Below, in pieces: positions 39,801-48,392 of a stretch of DNA of 64,000 nt. The stretch lies in contig JAQTLZ010000002.1 of NCBI GenBank assembly GCA_028714635.1, forward strand, positions 9,362 through 73,361, given 5' to 3'. This DNA is from Minisyncoccota bacterium (lineage in GTDB: Bacteria > Patescibacteriota > Minisyncoccia > Phycocordibacterales > JAQTLZ01). The translations under genes and the position numbers were made by a program. Within the stretch, counting starts at the first letter, position 1, and each line of letters starts with the position of its first letter. The notes under the pieces were generated by a model. It did not search any database, was not told the DNA's origin, and saw only the letters and a program-made list of their open reading frames with translations.

Positions 39801-40290
39801 CTCAATTCAGCGAAAGTATGCAGCGCAAGGTATTATCTCTGAAGGATTCCGAGCTGACGACGTGGATAAGGATGGTCTTATGGCGGAAAAGATGGCACGA
39901 TATACTGCGAATGCGGCCGGAAACATCACGGATGATTTTGAGCATAACGATGGACCAATCTCCGAAGCTGACGCTACCGCTATGGATTACTGGCTCAATA
40001 ACAGAGTTGGCAAAGAATGGAGAGACAATCGACTGGGACTCAAAGTGAAAAGGGATAGGGGCGGGGTATTTACAAGTGTGGACATTATGCATCCTGAAAC
40101 GATCGTGGAAAGGGCACAGATTGCATACAACTTAAATGGACCTGACGGCAATATCAGAGCAAGAAAGTATGTTACCGATGATATAAAATGGAGGGCACGA
40201 AGAACCACCGCTATGGAAGACGCCGCAGCAAGAGGAGTTCCATTTGTTCCCAACCCTGGAGATCCGAGACCTGATCCAAGAACCTATTAA
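36826..40290 (+). CDS. Giant polytopic membrane protein (1154 aa), VirB6/TrbL-like in architecture. N-terminal exported domain, about 8 TM helices in the central region, and a roughly 550-aa cytoplasmic C-terminal extension.
   Basis: Hydrophobicity pattern of the translation and its position next to a VirB4-like ATPase. Confidence 0.45.
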   Translation: MFDRKKQIQKGEVLGQKQKNLLPASKETRKVFSLMTILLVIGIGIIFPLGASVKADTVQIGGHTIEFNYNSIGGSSAPFDPNDLNGPYVVNGQTYFVYQATKYRITGNTAVPVDTGDSTFSQSAAQLFGAQIPFIGSGTAQTLTHTGWINVIQDGLNAELAATRKKLAADQAAGDTVAVNEDQQKIAAINSDIKEAAGTVNMNSGQAAQATADSNRLMGDVSCTWNSKFSLVACLNIAALWVGNLILSLAALFLFIVSILFDYIISGTVAGMGGIIQRVGTIAVAWRAARDIANAFFIFILLYLAIATILDLGVETKKQVIRVIVMALLINFSLFFTSVMIDASNLIATGFYNATLKIAKDTAPPPNAGLTSGIIDPGSRTGSISSVFLNAMALQGIYNYNSPTIKSGLVESANTADPRKENVGIPDRISNTAVAESSGNKISFSRILVTTIFGTMVMFTTALVLLASISLFGARVATLLVCMVFSPIAFALMAVPGDKYSEKLYWGKLVPQLLFAPVYMLFLFLTIQIVRSLPPGSFSASNDANLSSELGAIFAIFYNYIIVNTLIMTTLVSANEIGIEGASAAMEWVQKGKGALQSVVGRNTIGWWARGLDEKWANTNAPRGFNWLVGGQGIVGSKIRGSTTGFLKDAKFGGEKSAEDVYHEEHVLRSAQESNRKKDAVIAGLRKGDKDAVEQAWGKLSGSEKIEMLKTNKGLFNHRDMEMIGEASTDQDIESIDKSDDLTQQEKDELKHGKFDRQIAISKLYKNELDKYEEAFSNGGRYNVVDKNGKETGEVVDFSAVRGAARNELYAQNMLSMRKWDKKLATDIQKRKGLSIKHMHQIAPDLFTDNKDGRITENIDHGPIEDARRLGFLSVAAERKLRLAKGTAAMDATAMAYGIDVSKKDWREKGIEERGKLLDAVGEHYVYGGEDAMGEYLRLQSGSLTQAERDEYARLHHGDQDYMAAGEERYRRWMSGKGPHEFWLNRGAVRNSSIQRKYAAQGIISEGFRADDVDKDGLMAEKMARYTANAAGNITDDFEHNDGPISEADATAMDYWLNNRVGKEWRDNRLGLKVKRDRGGVFTSVDIMHPETIVERAQIAYNLNGPDGNIRARKYVTDDIKWRARRTTAMEDAAARGVPFVPNPGDPRPDPRTY

Positions 40291-40299
40291 GCAAATACT

Positions 40300-41046
40300 A
40301 TGATTATCTATCTAGACCACCAAATCGACGCTTTGGCCGAAATAACCAAAGACAATACAGTAACTAAAGTCGCTTTTAAAGATACTGATTGGGTTTCTGT
40401 CATCCGGGAGATTGGAGTAAAGAATGATCTGAATTTGAGCCAACTTGGAGTGATATACGATCTCATTAACCAGATCATTCTTGGCCAGTTAAATGCCGGC
40501 GACTTCACAGGAAAACTAAAAAAAATAGCGAAGGATGAGGATTGGGATGAGCTCGACGACGGAAAAATCTCTTCAGTTGTGTCTGCACTGAATGAGAAAA
40601 TTTTCCTCCCTATCCGAGACGCGATGAGGAAATTGAGCGGAACAAAACAAGAAGAAGATGTCTCGGCTCTAAAAAAAGAAGACGTGCTTCACGGAATCGA
40701 AAATCCAGTAAAGACAGCTCACTTATTGTCAGTCGAAAAAACACCGGTTCCTCCTGCGGTGATCAAACTCACTCCCGCAACACCAACACCCGCAGTAACG
40801 CCCTCTCAACCGCCCGTGCCAACCCCGCAACCACCTCAACCAACTCCACCGCCAATTGTTAAGCCAACTTCCATCGAAATAAAACCTCATATGGACATTA
40901 TGGAAGCAAAACTTTCAAGTGCTGTGAAAATGCCTGTCACCGAAGTAAAAGTGGCCGAAAAACCCCCGGTAACTCCCGCACCACCTCGACCTGCTGCACC
41001 CACAAAATACACAACTGATCCTTATCGAGAACCGCCAAAAGCTTAA
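40300..41046 (+). CDS. Hypothetical protein with Pro/Thr-rich C-terminal half
   Basis: ORF within the cluster. Confidence 0.4.
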   Translation: MIIYLDHQIDALAEITKDNTVTKVAFKDTDWVSVIREIGVKNDLNLSQLGVIYDLINQIILGQLNAGDFTGKLKKIAKDEDWDELDDGKISSVVSALNEKIFLPIRDAMRKLSGTKQEEDVSALKKEDVLHGIENPVKTAHLLSVEKTPVPPAVIKLTPATPTPAVTPSQPPVPTPQPPQPTPPPIVKPTSIEIKPHMDIMEAKLSSAVKMPVTEVKVAEKPPVTPAPPRPAAPTKYTTDPYREPPKA

Positions 41047-41058
41047 AAACGAACAACT

Positions 41059-41511
41059 ATGCAATTCCAAGTCCCTCAATTCATCGAAATAGAAGACAAA
41101 GTTTTCGGGCCTCTTACCGTCAAACAATTTCTCTATCTTGCCGGAGGAGCCGGGTTTTCGTATCTTCTATATGCTTTTCTGCCTTCTTACATATCTTATG
41201 CTCTCATGTTGCTTGTCGCTGGTTTTTCACTCGCTCTCGCTTTCTACAAAGTGAACGAAAAGCCTTTTATCCTTATTGTCGAAGCCGCTTTTAATTATCT
41301 TTTCAGCAAAAAACTCTACATCTGGAAAAGACAGGACAAAAAAATCGAAAAGAAGGAGGAAGTTGAAACCTCACAGCCGACACTTCGGGTTCCTAAACTC
41401 TCTGATAGCAAGCTAAGCGATCTCTCTTGGAGCCTTGATATAAACGAGAGGGAAAAGGGTACCATCTATTCAAAAGAGACAAAAACACTCGGAAGAAGAG
41501 AAGATCGCTGA
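41059..41511 (+). CDS. Small two-TM membrane protein, VirB3/PrgI/TcpE-like candidate
   Basis: VFGPLTVKQFLYLAGGAGFSYLLYAF...LMLLVAGFSLALAFY. It sits directly upstream of the VirB4-like genes, as VirB3/ConD homologs do. Confidence 0.4.
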   Translation: MQFQVPQFIEIEDKVFGPLTVKQFLYLAGGAGFSYLLYAFLPSYISYALMLLVAGFSLALAFYKVNEKPFILIVEAAFNYLFSKKLYIWKRQDKKIEKKEEVETSQPTLRVPKLSDSKLSDLSWSLDINEREKGTIYSKETKTLGRREDR

Positions 41512-41574
41512 TATTTAGCTGAAAAACAGATTTATCCGTTGTAACGAGTGACTTCGCCGTCTATAATGTAACCT

Positions 41575-42216
41575 ATGGCGTCTCAAACAAGCGAAGCAAC
41601 CCAAGCATTTGTACCAATAGAAGAAATTCGCGATGGAATCGTGGTGCTTAAAGATGGAGGAATGAGAACAATTCTTCTCGCCTCTTCGGTAAACTTTGCC
41701 CTCAAATCCTCTGATGAACAGGCCGGAATCATTATTCAATTTCAAAATTTTTTGAACTCTCTTGATTTTTCGGTGCAGATGTTTCTTCAATCACGAAAGT
41801 ACGATATTCGCCCATATATCGCGCTCTTGGAAGAAAGATACAAGGCCCAGACAGGGGACCTTATGAGAATTCAGACACGCGAATATATCGATTTCGTGAA
41901 AAGCTTCAGTGACAATGCCAACATTATGAAAAAAAGTTTTTTCATAATTGTCCCTTTCAATCCTTCCGTGTTGAATTCAAAAGGGGAGGGAATAATGAAA
42001 GTATTCAGGCGGGAGAAAAAAACAGAAGCAGAACTCTCAAAGAAAAGGGATTTTGAAGAAAACAGAACACAGCTCGAACAAAGAGTTGGTATTGTTTCGC
42101 AAGGGCTTGTTCGTTGCGGAGTCAAAACCATCGGACTTGGCACGGAGGAAATCGTCGAACTCTTCTACAAGATATTTAATCCAGGAGACACCGAAAAGCC
42201 GATTCATGTTGAATAA
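41575..42216 (+). CDS. VirB4 N-terminal-domain-like protein (213 aa). Possibly a split-off or duplicated N-domain of the following ATPase.
   Basis: The motif block (GIVVLKDGGMRTILLASSVNF...) is repeated at the N-terminus of the next gene (GVLELKDIIAPSALKITPRELNLGDKIVRTFFVISYP). Confidence 0.4.
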   Translation: MASQTSEATQAFVPIEEIRDGIVVLKDGGMRTILLASSVNFALKSSDEQAGIIIQFQNFLNSLDFSVQMFLQSRKYDIRPYIALLEERYKAQTGDLMRIQTREYIDFVKSFSDNANIMKKSFFIIVPFNPSVLNSKGEGIMKVFRREKKTEAELSKKRDFEENRTQLEQRVGIVSQGLVRCGVKTIGLGTEEIVELFYKIFNPGDTEKPIHVE

Positions 42217-42228
42217 TTTCAAAATAGT

Positions 42229-44052
42229 ATGGGACTTTTAAGCAACCTATTTGGAAAAAAAGAAAATACCGTGCCGAAAATTGCGCCTATTTTGCCGCAA
42301 GAGATTTATGAATCTGGAGTATTGGAACTTAAAGATATTATCGCTCCGTCCGCCCTTAAAATAACTCCGCGCGAACTGAATCTCGGAGACAAGATCGTTC
42401 GCACATTCTTCGTCATTTCCTATCCAAGATTTCTCTCTGACAGCTGGTTTTCTCCAATCATAAATCTCGATAAAGTTTTCGACATTTCAATATTCGTGCA
42501 CCCGATCGAGACTGCGAAAGTGTTGCGTACTTTCCAGAAAAAAGTTGCGGAGGTGGAAAGCCAAATATCCGGGAGACAGTCAAAAGGATTGGTGCGCGAC
42601 CCAGTGCTCGATACCGCCTATCAGGACCTTGAAGGGTTGCGGGACCGCCTCCAGCAGGCGCAGGAAAAACTTTTTGACGTCGGTCTTTATATTTCCGTTT
42701 ATGGTGAAACAAATGAGGAACTCGATAAGATAGAATCGGAGATCAAATCAATTCTCGAAGCAAAACTAGTGTATTTGAAACCGGCGCTTTTCCAGCAGGA
42801 ACAAGGCTTCAAGACCGTGCTTCCGGTAGGAGAAGATCTCTTGGAAGTGCACTCGAAATTAAATTCTTCTCCTCTTTCAAGCCTTTTTCCGTTTATCTCA
42901 TTCGACCTTTCATCCGACAAAGGAATTTTGTATGGAATAAACCGCCACAATTCAAGCCTTGTGCTTTTCGACCGATTTTCCCTTGAAAACTACAATTCAG
43001 TGACGTTTGCTAAGGCTGGTTCTGGAAAATCATACGCTTCCAAGCTTGAAATCCTTCGAACCCTTATGTTCGACGCGGATGTTTTGGTCATTGACCCGGA
43101 AAAAGAATATGAATATATGGCGGAAGCAACAGGCGGAAGATATTTCAACATTTCTCTTAATTCTGAACATCATATCAATCCGTTCGATCTGCCAGCACCT
43201 CGACCTGATGAATCAAAAGCAGACGTCTTGCGCTCGAATATTGTGAACTTGGTTGGGCTTTTCCGTCTTATGCTTGGAGGACTTTCTCCGGAAGAAGACG
43301 CTGTCATAGACCGAGCTATCACCGAAACCTACGCACTCAAAGACATCACTGCCGATTCTGATTTCTCAAACATCGAACCTCCGCTCCTATCCGACTTCGA
43401 ATTGGTTCTCGCGGGAATGGAAGGAGGGGAGTCATTGGCACAGCGACTTACCAAATTTACTAAAGGAACGTGGGCAGGGTTTATCAACAAGCCAACAAAC
43501 ATCGACATCAACAAAAAATTCGTGGTGTTTTCTCTTAGAGATATGGAAGATGAACTAAAGCCTGTGGCAATGTACATCGTCACTCACTATATCTGGAACG
43601 CTATTCGAAAAGAGCTGAAGAAACGCCTCTTGGTAATCGATGAAGCGTGGTGGATGATGAAATCCGAAGATACAGCATCATTCCTCCTTGGCCTCGCAAA
43701 ACGATGCCGAAAATATTATTTGGGACTTGCAACTATCACCCAGGACGTCGATGACTTCCTCCGCTCTCCTTATGGACTCCCGATTATCACCAACTCGTCG
43801 ATCCAAATCCTTCTCAAACAGTCCGCTTCTTCAATTGATATCCTCCAGAAAACATTCTCGCTTACTGACGAAGAAAAATATCTCCTCCTCGAATCTGATG
43901 TGGGAGAGGGAATTTTCTTTGCGGGAACAAAACATGTGGCCATAAAAATTATCGCCTCATACACTGAAGATCAAATCATCACCTCAAACCCTTCCCAGCT
44001 TCTTGCCATACAAAAAGCAAAAGAAGAGCTCGCAGGACTTGGACAGGGATAA
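42229..44052 (+). CDS. virB4: VirB4/TrbE/ConE-like type IV secretion ATPase
   Basis: Walker A FAKAGSGKSY, Walker B LLVIDEAWWMM, C-terminal ATPase core, about 600 aa. Confidence 0.75.
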   Translation: MGLLSNLFGKKENTVPKIAPILPQEIYESGVLELKDIIAPSALKITPRELNLGDKIVRTFFVISYPRFLSDSWFSPIINLDKVFDISIFVHPIETAKVLRTFQKKVAEVESQISGRQSKGLVRDPVLDTAYQDLEGLRDRLQQAQEKLFDVGLYISVYGETNEELDKIESEIKSILEAKLVYLKPALFQQEQGFKTVLPVGEDLLEVHSKLNSSPLSSLFPFISFDLSSDKGILYGINRHNSSLVLFDRFSLENYNSVTFAKAGSGKSYASKLEILRTLMFDADVLVIDPEKEYEYMAEATGGRYFNISLNSEHHINPFDLPAPRPDESKADVLRSNIVNLVGLFRLMLGGLSPEEDAVIDRAITETYALKDITADSDFSNIEPPLLSDFELVLAGMEGGESLAQRLTKFTKGTWAGFINKPTNIDINKKFVVFSLRDMEDELKPVAMYIVTHYIWNAIRKELKKRLLVIDEAWWMMKSEDTASFLLGLAKRCRKYYLGLATITQDVDDFLRSPYGLPIITNSSIQILLKQSASSIDILQKTFSLTDEEKYLLLESDVGEGIFFAGTKHVAIKIIASYTEDQIITSNPSQLLAIQKAKEELAGLGQG

Positions 44053-44081
44053 TCACTAAGTCCTATCTCACCCCACTCAAG

Positions 44082-44972
44082 ATGCTGCGAAAATTTTTTA
44101 CTCTAGCGAAGGAAGTAAGGGAAATAAAACCAAGAATCACGCCGGGAGCGGCTGCGCTTTTGATTTTTTTCGCGCTTATTATTGATTTGGTGCAATTTTT
44201 GGTCAATTTTCTTGACGAAATCCTTTTTATAGGAGTTATTCTCAACTGGCTCATTGATATAGCTGTGATTTTCGGATTCTGGCTATGGTTTCGATTCAAA
44301 AGAGTAAAATTCGTTAAAATATCAGCCGAAGGGAAATCAAGTGCCACTGGACTTATCGCGTTCATTATAACAGTTATCATTAAACTTATTCCGGTACTCA
44401 ACGCGCTTCCAGCATGGACCGCAAACGTTATGATAAATATCGGCGTTTCTTGGGTTGAAGACCTAGCTGCGCAGGATAGAAGCGGGACGCTTGCAAAAAT
44501 GTTGCCTGGCGGCAAAAAAGCACTATCACAAGGGGCAAAAAAACAAGCATTGGAAGCGAGGAGAGATGATAGGCGAAACGGAAGAGAGGGGTACACAAGA
44601 GAGGGAATGGGAAGTGGAAGTAGAGAAGAAGAAAAAGAACAACAAGCGATGCTCCCAACCAACACCCTCGATCTTTCAAATCAATCGGGAATATCTAGCG
44701 GGGGACAGGAAAGAAGACCGGAAATTCCAAGAGATGAGCCGGCAAAGCGGGTCACAGAAGAGCCTCAACGAAGAGGAGATGCTTCTTCAGAAGCAGATAG
44801 AATATGGCAAGAAAGGGATCGGACCGGCGCTATCGCTCAAGCTGACGATATCTGGAAAAGAAGAGATGAGCGAACAGCACAAGAAGAAAAAATGCTCCAA
44901 GAGAAGATGGGTGGAATGGGGAATAGACTCGATAAAATATGGGAAGAAAGGGATCGGAAAAATGGCGTTTGA
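44082..44972 (+). CDS. Polytopic membrane protein (about 4 TM) with a disordered charged C-terminal tail carrying DRIWQERDR / DDIWKRRDER / DKIWEERDRK repeats
   Basis: Hydrophobic N-terminal half and repeats in the translation. Confidence 0.45.
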   Translation: MLRKFFTLAKEVREIKPRITPGAAALLIFFALIIDLVQFLVNFLDEILFIGVILNWLIDIAVIFGFWLWFRFKRVKFVKISAEGKSSATGLIAFIITVIIKLIPVLNALPAWTANVMINIGVSWVEDLAAQDRSGTLAKMLPGGKKALSQGAKKQALEARRDDRRNGREGYTREGMGSGSREEEKEQQAMLPTNTLDLSNQSGISSGGQERRPEIPRDEPAKRVTEEPQRRGDASSEADRIWQERDRTGAIAQADDIWKRRDERTAQEEKMLQEKMGGMGNRLDKIWEERDRKNGV

Positions 44973-46062
44973 AGCCAGAGCTGTTGATAAGGTATCTTTT
45001 GACTATGGTAAAATAACAGGATACATGAAAAGCGCTCTTATACAGAAAGCCGCTACTCTTTTTCTCTCTGGACTCATCCTTTTGTGTCTTGTGTCCTTAT
45101 CTCACTTGACCGCCTCTGCAGAAATTATCGCTCCCGAAAATTCAGTCTCTCTTTCAATACAGCCCCAAAATCCCGAGCCGAATTCAGAGGTAAGTGCCAC
45201 AATTGAAGGGTATCTTTTCGATCTGCAAAAATCAAAAATTTCTTGGTCTGTGAATGGGAATATCAAGAAAACAGGTATTGGAGGAACTACTTTTTCATTC
45301 ACAACAGGCAATGCAGGAAAAACAACGAACCTAAGCGTCGTTGTTGATGCCCCCGATGGCACGCACGTAGAAAAATTACTTTCCCTTCAGGCTGCAAATG
45401 TCGATCTGGCATGGGAAGCGACTTCCTATAGCCCCCCATTTTACAAAGGAAAATCACTTTTCCCTCCTCAAGGAACGGCCAAGGTCGTGGCACTCCCGGA
45501 CCTTACCGATGCAAGTGGCAACCTTATTCCAGCTGAAAAGCTTCTCTATAAATGGACAAAGGACAGAGAAATACTGGGAGACGACTCCGGGTACGGGAAA
45601 AATATTTACACATTTACAGGAGATCTTTTCTCTCGGCCAGTTACCATAAAAGTAGAAGCGAGCACACTTGTAGGAAATCAAACAGCAGAAAAGAGCATCG
45701 TTATTTCTCCCGCAACTTTGCAGGTTGTTTTATACGAAGATGATCCGCTTTTGGGAATTACATACGAAAAATCACTTCCGGCGAGTTTCCCTCTTATTAA
45801 TCCAGAGATAAAAATGGTTGGTGTGCCATACTTTTTCAATGCAAATGATCCACTTACCTTTTCTTGGAGTATGAATGGGAGTCCTTTCACAGACGGACAA
45901 AGCGCGGACGGAAAAAGTGCGACACTCCGGCAAAACAGCCAAACAGGCACGGCAGTTATTTCTCTTGGGGTGACAAACAGCGCTTCATTTCTTCAATCTG
46001 CGGAAACGAAAAGCTCCATATTTTTGCCGACTATAACAAAGACAAATGCAACCTCAATTTAA
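44962..46062 (+). CDS. Secreted protein with signal peptide or TM anchor. Start chosen at MAFEARAV, overlapping the previous stop.
   Basis: The ORF-track ORF 44491-46062 trimmed to the first in-frame ATG after the overlap. Hydrophobic segment LFLSGLILLCLVSL. Confidence 0.45.
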   Translation: MAFEARAVDKVSFDYGKITGYMKSALIQKAATLFLSGLILLCLVSLSHLTASAEIIAPENSVSLSIQPQNPEPNSEVSATIEGYLFDLQKSKISWSVNGNIKKTGIGGTTFSFTTGNAGKTTNLSVVVDAPDGTHVEKLLSLQAANVDLAWEATSYSPPFYKGKSLFPPQGTAKVVALPDLTDASGNLIPAEKLLYKWTKDREILGDDSGYGKNIYTFTGDLFSRPVTIKVEASTLVGNQTAEKSIVISPATLQVVLYEDDPLLGITYEKSLPASFPLINPEIKMVGVPYFFNANDPLTFSWSMNGSPFTDGQSADGKSATLRQNSQTGTAVISLGVTNSASFLQSAETKSSIFLPTITKTNATSI

Positions 46063-46148
46063 AATGAATCCCGTTAGAAGCAACCCATATTTACAAATCA
46101 TGCCTAATCCAAACATTTACCAAATAATCGAAGCTAGCTTCTAACGGG

Positions 46149-47015
46149 ATGAAAACAGCAACAAAAATCTACGTATGCATCCTTTGTCTTGTTCTGTGTT
46201 TTGGCGCTACCCATAAAGCACTTGCTTTCTTTCAAGAGCAATCCTATAAATCCCTTGCGCCAATCGAGGGAGTAAATTCCCCGGGCGATGCTGTAGTGGG
46301 AGGCGTAAATCTTGCCACGTACCTCGGAGACATTTTCAAACTGGGCATCGGGCTTTGCGGAATATTCGCAGTGCTTATGATAGTCGTCGGAGGGCTTGAA
46401 TATGTGATGACCGATAAAATCGCAAGCAAGGAAGATGCGAAGACAAGGATAACTAATGCCATCATAGGTCTTCTTCTGGCTCTTTCTTCCTATGTCATCC
46501 TCTACACAATAAATCCCGCTCTGGTAAGCCTCGATTTTTTGAATTCTACTGGCGGAGGCAATGTTCCGCAAACACTTTCGGTAAATAATAGTGCCCCTGA
46601 TCAGGTGGCGACAAATCCGGTAGCACCAGCAAGCAAACCTGGGGATACTGTGACCACAAAACCAGAAACACCAGCTGCACCTAAACCACCAGCCAAGCCA
46701 AAAGATCCTGAACGAACGAGTGTATTCTGTTTTTACACAGGCAAACAGGTTCGAGGATTTGTCTCATGGATACCGTTAGACTACTACCTAAGCCCCAATA
46801 ATCCTACGAAAGAATATCGTGTGAATAATGACATTTATTATTTTCAGAATCCGACAAAAACATGCACCCCTCGTTTACCGAAAAGCCAAGCGAAAAGCCA
46901 ATGCGAAACAACAAGGACGGCGGCTATCGATGCACTTCCGTTCAATTGGGCATTCGTCCAAGCGAGCCAAGATGTTACAGCTTGTTACGACGCAACAAGT
47001 GAGTTTTACAACTAA
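46149..47015 (+). CDS. VirB2/TrbC pilin-like protein: signal peptide, two hydrophobic helices separated by a short charged loop, then a Cys-containing C-terminal extension
   Basis: MKTATKIYVCILCLVLCFGATHKALA; LGIGLCGIFAVLMIVVGGLEY; AIIGLLLALSSYVILYTI. Confidence 0.4.
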   Translation: MKTATKIYVCILCLVLCFGATHKALAFFQEQSYKSLAPIEGVNSPGDAVVGGVNLATYLGDIFKLGIGLCGIFAVLMIVVGGLEYVMTDKIASKEDAKTRITNAIIGLLLALSSYVILYTINPALVSLDFLNSTGGGNVPQTLSVNNSAPDQVATNPVAPASKPGDTVTTKPETPAAPKPPAKPKDPERTSVFCFYTGKQVRGFVSWIPLDYYLSPNNPTKEYRVNNDIYYFQNPTKTCTPRLPKSQAKSQCETTRTAAIDALPFNWAFVQASQDVTACYDATSEFYN

Positions 47016-47042
47016 AAACGGTTTTTTGCTGTTAAAAGAAAA

Positions 47043-48311
47043 ATGAACAAAAAAACACTTATTTTAATACTTCTGGCACTCATACTTCTTGTCGGAGGAG
47101 TATCGGGATATTATCTTTTTATTAAAAAAACGCAGACTATCACTCCGCCAAATAATCCCGGGCAATTTGCATTTGGAAACCAGGTGAATAATGCGGTTCC
47201 TGGTCCGGGGAATACTCCTCTCGCAACCGCGATTATAGATACTTCTGTAAATGAAGCGGCAGAGCAAAATGAAATATCTCTGCAAAAACTTGAGCCGGCA
47301 TCAATCAACAACTCGGATATCATCATCGCGATGACGGGAGGAGTTGTCTTCGACTCGGGAACTTCAACAGTCGTCCGCTATATGGAACGAGGAACCGGAC
47401 ACATTTTCGAACGCACGTTCTCGAGTTCAACACCTTTAGGGAATGCGACAGAGATTTCAAATACCACTATTCCGAGAGTGCAGGAAACACTCTGGATACC
47501 GGGAGGGGACTCTCTTCTCGTCCGCTATGCAAAGACAGATTCTGATGAAATTGATACGTTCTACGGAAAACTCATCATCGCAACATCCTCGGAAAGCGAA
47601 CCTGGCAGTATTGATGGCAATTTTCTTGACGCAAATATACTTGAGCTCATAACGGGAGGAAAAAACAAAATATTCGGTCTGGAAAATGTAGCGGGACAGG
47701 GAATTGGTTTCATTTCCAATCCTGACGGCAAAAAACAAACCACGGTATTCAAATCACCTCTCACAGAATGGATTCCTACGTGGCCAAAAGAAAGCACCGT
47801 TACCCTTACTACAAAAGCTTCCTCGCAAGCTTCAGGATTTCTCTTCTTTATAAACACCACGAATGGAAGCCAGAAAAAAATTCTGGGCGGAATCAATGGA
47901 CTTACCACGCTCACCAATCCGGACGCTTCATATATTCTTTATTCTGAGTCTCAAGGACAAGGGTTTACTTTGAACATATTCAACGTGAAAACGGGTGATA
48001 CAAACCTTGCCCCAATTCAAACTCTTCCTGAAAAATGTTTATGGAGCCATAAAGACACAGCGAGCGCCTGGTGCCTGGTTCCAAGAACCCGAACTTCCGC
48101 AACGTACCCCGATGATTGGTACCAGGGAAAGATTTCTTCTTCGGATAATATCTGGAAAATCAATGTAAAGACAGGAGAATCAGAGCTTCTCGTTTCTGTA
48201 GACAACGGCATAACCATTGATGGAATAAATCTATTTACAGACAACACTGAAGATCATCTCTTTTTCACAAACAAAAAAAATGACGTTCTCTGGTCATTTG
48301 ATTTAAGGTAG
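47043..48311 (+). CDS. Membrane-anchored exported protein (422 aa), last gene of the cluster
   Basis: N-terminal TM helix LILILLALILLVGGVSGYYLFI. Confidence 0.45.
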   Translation: MNKKTLILILLALILLVGGVSGYYLFIKKTQTITPPNNPGQFAFGNQVNNAVPGPGNTPLATAIIDTSVNEAAEQNEISLQKLEPASINNSDIIIAMTGGVVFDSGTSTVVRYMERGTGHIFERTFSSSTPLGNATEISNTTIPRVQETLWIPGGDSLLVRYAKTDSDEIDTFYGKLIIATSSESEPGSIDGNFLDANILELITGGKNKIFGLENVAGQGIGFISNPDGKKQTTVFKSPLTEWIPTWPKESTVTLTTKASSQASGFLFFINTTNGSQKKILGGINGLTTLTNPDASYILYSESQGQGFTLNIFNVKTGDTNLAPIQTLPEKCLWSHKDTASAWCLVPRTRTSATYPDDWYQGKISSSDNIWKINVKTGESELLVSVDNGITIDGINLFTDNTEDHLFFTNKKNDVLWSFDLR

Positions 48312-48390
48312 GGGATAGGGTGAAGGGTGTAGGGTTGAAAAAGTGAAGAGATTTTGAATTTTATACCCTTACCCCTTTACCCTACACCCT
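48311..48390. other. Paired G-quadruplex-forming motifs on opposite strands. Plus strand GGGGATAGGGTGAAGGGTGTAGGG at 48311-48334; minus-strand G-tracts complementary to ACCCTTACCCCTTTACCCTACACCC at 48365-48390. AGGGTGTAGGGT and ACCCTACACCCT can also pair as a 12-bp hairpin stem.
   Basis: Four G3+ tracts with 3-4-nt loops on each strand, in a convergent intergenic region. Confidence 0.4.
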
Positions 48391-48392
48391 AA

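Noticed and set aside
44491-44961. N-terminal 157 codons of ORF 44491-46062
   Set aside because: They overlap the preceding gene in another frame and are Lys/Glu-rich low complexity. The real start was placed at ATG 44962, where a hydrophobic leader begins.
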